DNA of 32,000 bases from Phytohabitans aurantiacus. GTDB taxonomy: Bacteria > Actinomycetota > Actinomycetes > Mycobacteriales > Micromonosporaceae. Numbering within the stretch: the first letter of the stretch is position 1; every line of letters starts with the position of its first letter. The stretch lies in assembly GCF_027923225.1 (NCBI RefSeq), contig NZ_BSDI01000004.1, positions 186,348-218,347 of the forward strand, read 5' to 3'. Below, piece after piece: positions 29,770-32,000 of the stretch. The notes under the pieces are model-generated. The model worked only from the letters and a program-made list of their open reading frames with translations, made no database searches and was not told where the DNA came from. The translations under genes were made by a program, and so were the position numbers.

Positions 29770-31701
29770 TCAGACTGCCGGGATGTCGCCGGGCAGGCCC
29801 CACTGCACGTTGAACAGAGTCCGGACATACCAGACACCGTCGGACGGACGCCACACCGCGACGTCGGCCACGCCGTCTCCGTTGTAGTCACCCGGCACCG
29901 GCACGTCGCCGTTCAGCCCCCACTGCACATTCCAGAAGCCCCGGACGAACCAGGTCCCGTTCGACGGTCGCCACACGGCCACCTCAGTGAAACCGTCGCC
30001 GTTGAAGTCAGCGGGCACCGGCACGTCACCGTTCAAACCCCACTGCACATTCCACAGTCCACGGACATACCAGACACCATCCGACGGGCGCCACACCGCG
30101 ACATCCGTGTACCCGTCAGCGTTGTAGTCACCCGGCACGGGCACGTCACCACTCAGACCCCATTGGACATTCCACAGTCCACGGACGTACCAGACACCGT
30201 CCGAGGGCCGCCAGACGGCGATGTCGGTGATACCGTCCCGGTTGTAGTCGCCAGGCACCGGAATGTCACCACTGAGTCCCCATTGGACGTTGAACTGGCC
30301 GCGCACGTACCAGACACCATCCGACGGACGCCACACCGCGACGTCGGTGATCCCGTCGCCGTTGTAGTCACCGGGCACCGGCACGTCGCCGTTGAGGCCC
30401 CACTGCACCGTAAACAGGTTCCGGGCGAACCACGTCCCGTTCGACGGGCGCCACACCGTCGTGTCGGTGGCACCGTCTCCGTTGAAATCACCATTGGCGT
30501 CGAGTGTCGAGTTCAGCAGCAGGTTCGGCGACCCTTGCACGTCCGTGATCAAGCCCGGAGTGGCGTTGCGCACGATCGCGTCCCGGACCTGCTGGGGGCT
30601 GGCCGTGGAGTGGCGGGTCAGGTAGAGCGCCGCGACGCCGGCCACGTGTGGAGACGCCATCGAGGTACCGCGCAGCGACCGCGTGCCGGTGTCGTTGGTG
30701 TTGATCGCGGAGATGATGTCGGTACCCGGCGCGAAGAGGTCCACGCAGGCGCCGAAGTTCGACGGGACGTCCGCGCCGCTGTACCGCGCGTCGTTGATCG
30801 TCGAGTTGGCCACCGTGATGGCCCGGGGCACCCGCGCCGGCGAGACGTTGCAGGCGTTCTGGCCCTCGTTGCCGGCCGCGACCACGACCGTGATGCCGTT
30901 GTTGATGGCCGCGTTCACCGCGTCGTCCATCGCGGTCGACGCCGGGCCACCGAGGCTCATGTTGACCACCGCGGGGCGCTGGGCGTTGGCGTTCACCCAG
31001 TTGACCGCGGCGATCACGGTGGCCGTTGGCGTCCCACCGGCACACGGGAACACCCGTACCCCGTGGATGCGGGTGTTGCGGGCGACGCCGAAGGTGGCAC
31101 CGCCGACCGTGCCCGAGACGTGCGTGCCGTGGCCGATCGAGTTGCAGTCGTCGCTGCGCCCGTCGCCGACGAAGTTGGCGTCGAGGGTCGCCCGCCCGCC
31201 GAAGTCGGTGTGCGTCGTGCGCACGCCCGAGTCGATGACGTACACGCGGACGCCGGTGCCGTTCTGGTTGGCACCGTAGACGCCGTCGAGCGGCCGGTTG
31301 CGTTGGTTGATCCGGTCGACGCCCCAACTCGCGGTGGCGTCGGGATACACCATCGAGTCGGTTTCGACGTAGGCGATGGTCGAGTCACGGCGCACCTCGT
31401 CGAGCGCCGTGGCGGTGAGCTTTGCCGAGAATCCCTGCAACGCCGAGCCGTACCGGTGACCGATCTGACCACCCCGGGATCGCGCCCGCGCCTCCACGCG
31501 GCTCTTCGCCGCAGACGCCGTGCCCTGCTTGTAGACGACGATGTAGCTGCCTTCGATCACGTCCGCCGAAGCGGTCCGCAACGGTGCGCTCGGCTCGGCG
31601 GGAGCCCCGTGCGCGCCCGCTGGCAGCGCGGTCGCGGCCGCCACCATGGCGATCGCTCCGGCGGCCAAACGCCACGACAGGACTCTTCGGGTGACCGGCA
31701 T
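29770..31701 (-). CDS. Secreted S8 (subtilisin/proteinase K-like) serine protease with I9 propeptide and a C-terminal six-repeat FG-GAP-like domain
   Basis: Signal peptide MPVTRRVLSWRLAAGAIAMVAAATALPAGAHG. The I9-like prodomain reads IEGSYIVVYK......GFSA.L...AL..VR.D..IAYVE.D. The catalytic triad contexts are VYVIDSGV (Asp), HGTHVSGT (His) and GTSMASPHVAG (Ser). Six 40-aa repeats of the form GDYNGDG.TD.AVWRPSDGVWYVRG..NVQWGL.GD.PVP follow. A GGAGG RBS precedes the ATG at 31701. Confidence 0.9.
   Translation of the reverse strand: MPVTRRVLSWRLAAGAIAMVAAATALPAGAHGAPAEPSAPLRTASADVIEGSYIVVYKQGTASAAKSRVEARARSRGGQIGHRYGSALQGFSAKLTATALDEVRRDSTIAYVETDSMVYPDATASWGVDRINQRNRPLDGVYGANQNGTGVRVYVIDSGVRTTHTDFGGRATLDANFVGDGRSDDCNSIGHGTHVSGTVGGATFGVARNTRIHGVRVFPCAGGTPTATVIAAVNWVNANAQRPAVVNMSLGGPASTAMDDAVNAAINNGITVVVAAGNEGQNACNVSPARVPRAITVANSTINDARYSGADVPSNFGACVDLFAPGTDIISAINTNDTGTRSLRGTSMASPHVAGVAALYLTRHSTASPQQVRDAIVRNATPGLITDVQGSPNLLLNSTLDANGDFNGDGATDTTVWRPSNGTWFARNLFTVQWGLNGDVPVPGDYNGDGITDVAVWRPSDGVWYVRGQFNVQWGLSGDIPVPGDYNRDGITDIAVWRPSDGVWYVRGLWNVQWGLSGDVPVPGDYNADGYTDVAVWRPSDGVWYVRGLWNVQWGLNGDVPVPADFNGDGFTEVAVWRPSNGTWFVRGFWNVQWGLNGDVPVPGDYNGDGVADVAVWRPSDGVWYVRTLFNVQWGLPGDIPAV
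29773..30492 (-). repeat. Six tandem in-frame 120-bp repeats (coding for 40-aa FG-GAP/Ca-binding-like modules) inside the S8 protease gene
   Basis: All six protein-level repeats are exactly 40 aa, starting GDFNGDGATDTT.. and ending ..GLPGDIPAV. At the DNA level, strings such as ccccactgcacattcca / ccccattggacattcca and gccacaccgcgac recur every 120 bp. Confidence 0.85.
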
Positions 31702-31868
31702 TTTGCCTCCTCGTACTCGATAAGGTGCATCGAGTTACGCGAATTTTTCGCCGGAGTGCCCGCGAAAATGGACACTACTGAACACGGTCGGACAAGACTT
31801 TGTCGGCCATACGATGCTTCAAGCGAAACTCCATCAACGCGTCTCTATCCTTTTGCAGGGGCCGGGCG

Positions 31869-32000
31869 ATGGGTGGGGCGTTGACCGAGATCGAGACACG
31901 CGATGACCTGGCGCGAGCGCTGCGGCATCTGCGCCGCCGTGAGGCGCACGAGCGGTGCCTTCCAGAGCTGACCTATCGGGAGCTTGCGACCAAGACCGGC
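31869..32000 (+). CDS. Start of an HTH-type (XRE-like) regulatory or STAND-type protein; the gene runs off the right edge
   Basis: My translation from the ATG at 31869 gives MGGALTEIETRDDLARALRHLRRREAHERCLPELTYRELATKTG. The ..LTYRELA.KTG.. segment resembles the first helix-turn of XRE-type HTH N-termini common in actinomycete multidomain regulators. Only 44 codons are visible, and a TTG at 31881 is an alternative start. Confidence 0.35.
   Translation, partial: MGGALTEIETRDDLARALRHLRRREAHERCLPELTYRELATKTG

Noticed and set aside
29773-30492. Regularly spaced 120-bp repeats, considered as a CRISPR-like or mobile repeat array
   Set aside because: The repeats are contiguous with no spacers, in frame, and translate into a coherent 40-aa protein module inside a well-supported CDS.
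30163-31884. 573-aa plus-strand ORF opposite the S8 protease
   Set aside because: The antisense frame of a strongly supported gene (catalytic triad, signal peptide, RBS). Its translation is Arg/Gly/Asp/Val-rich low-complexity sequence.
1-32000. Search for tRNA, rRNA, CRISPR, IS elements or integrases, and prophage or toxin-antitoxin modules
   Set aside because: I found no cloverleaf-like or rRNA-like conserved strings, no spaced direct-repeat arrays, and no ORF with transposase (DDE), integrase or recombinase motifs. The absence is by inspection only. A tRNAscan/Infernal/ISfinder run would be needed to be certain.

Overview
Gene-dense, visibly very high-GC (actinomycete-type) chromosomal DNA. 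I found no rRNA, tRNA, CRISPR array, transposase or integrase. From left to right the window contains: (1) a KDG/KDPG sugar-acid module (kdgK-eda with a divergent IclR regulator). (2) A secreted GH12-CBM2 endoglucanase preceded by a CelR/CebR-type palindromic operator. (3) A LigD-type 3'-phosphoesterase fused to a truncated ligase-like domain whose catalytic residues are substituted. (4) A seven-gene, translationally coupled minus-strand catabolic operon (M24-fold hydrolase, TPP-dependent E1 alpha/beta, amidohydrolase, bicupin, SDR, HIBADH-like dehydrogenase) behind an XRE-cupin regulator, next to a DUF3105 membrane protein. (5) At 12.8-23.7 kb, the most interesting part: a complete FxSxx-COOH (fxs) locus in two convergent arms. 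The plus arm holds TIR-like fxsC and a 1335-aa fxsD (variant ParA-like ATPase + TIR-like + NB-ARC + TPR). The minus arm holds a 56-aa precursor ORF that is absent from the ORF track (C-terminus WNSAM), the radical SAM/SPASM maturase fxsB and an HExxH protein. Directly beside it is a gene pair encoding a membrane-associated double-Rossmann/double-RyR-domain protein and a small SLOG-superfamily protein. (6) Housekeeping-like genes (SDR, VOC, cupin, TrkA-type K+ channel), a ChlI-like AAA+ ATPase/VWA pair, and a secreted S8 protease carrying six exact-length 120-bp (40-aa) FG-GAP-like repeats. The window ends in the start of an HTH-like gene. Main hypothesis: the fxs RiPP machinery, its TIR/STAND partners and possibly the adjacent RyR/SLOG pair form a peptide- and nucleotide-linked signalling or conflict system whose biology is not described. 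The many long antisense or out-of-frame ORFs in the track are high-GC artefacts and were not called.
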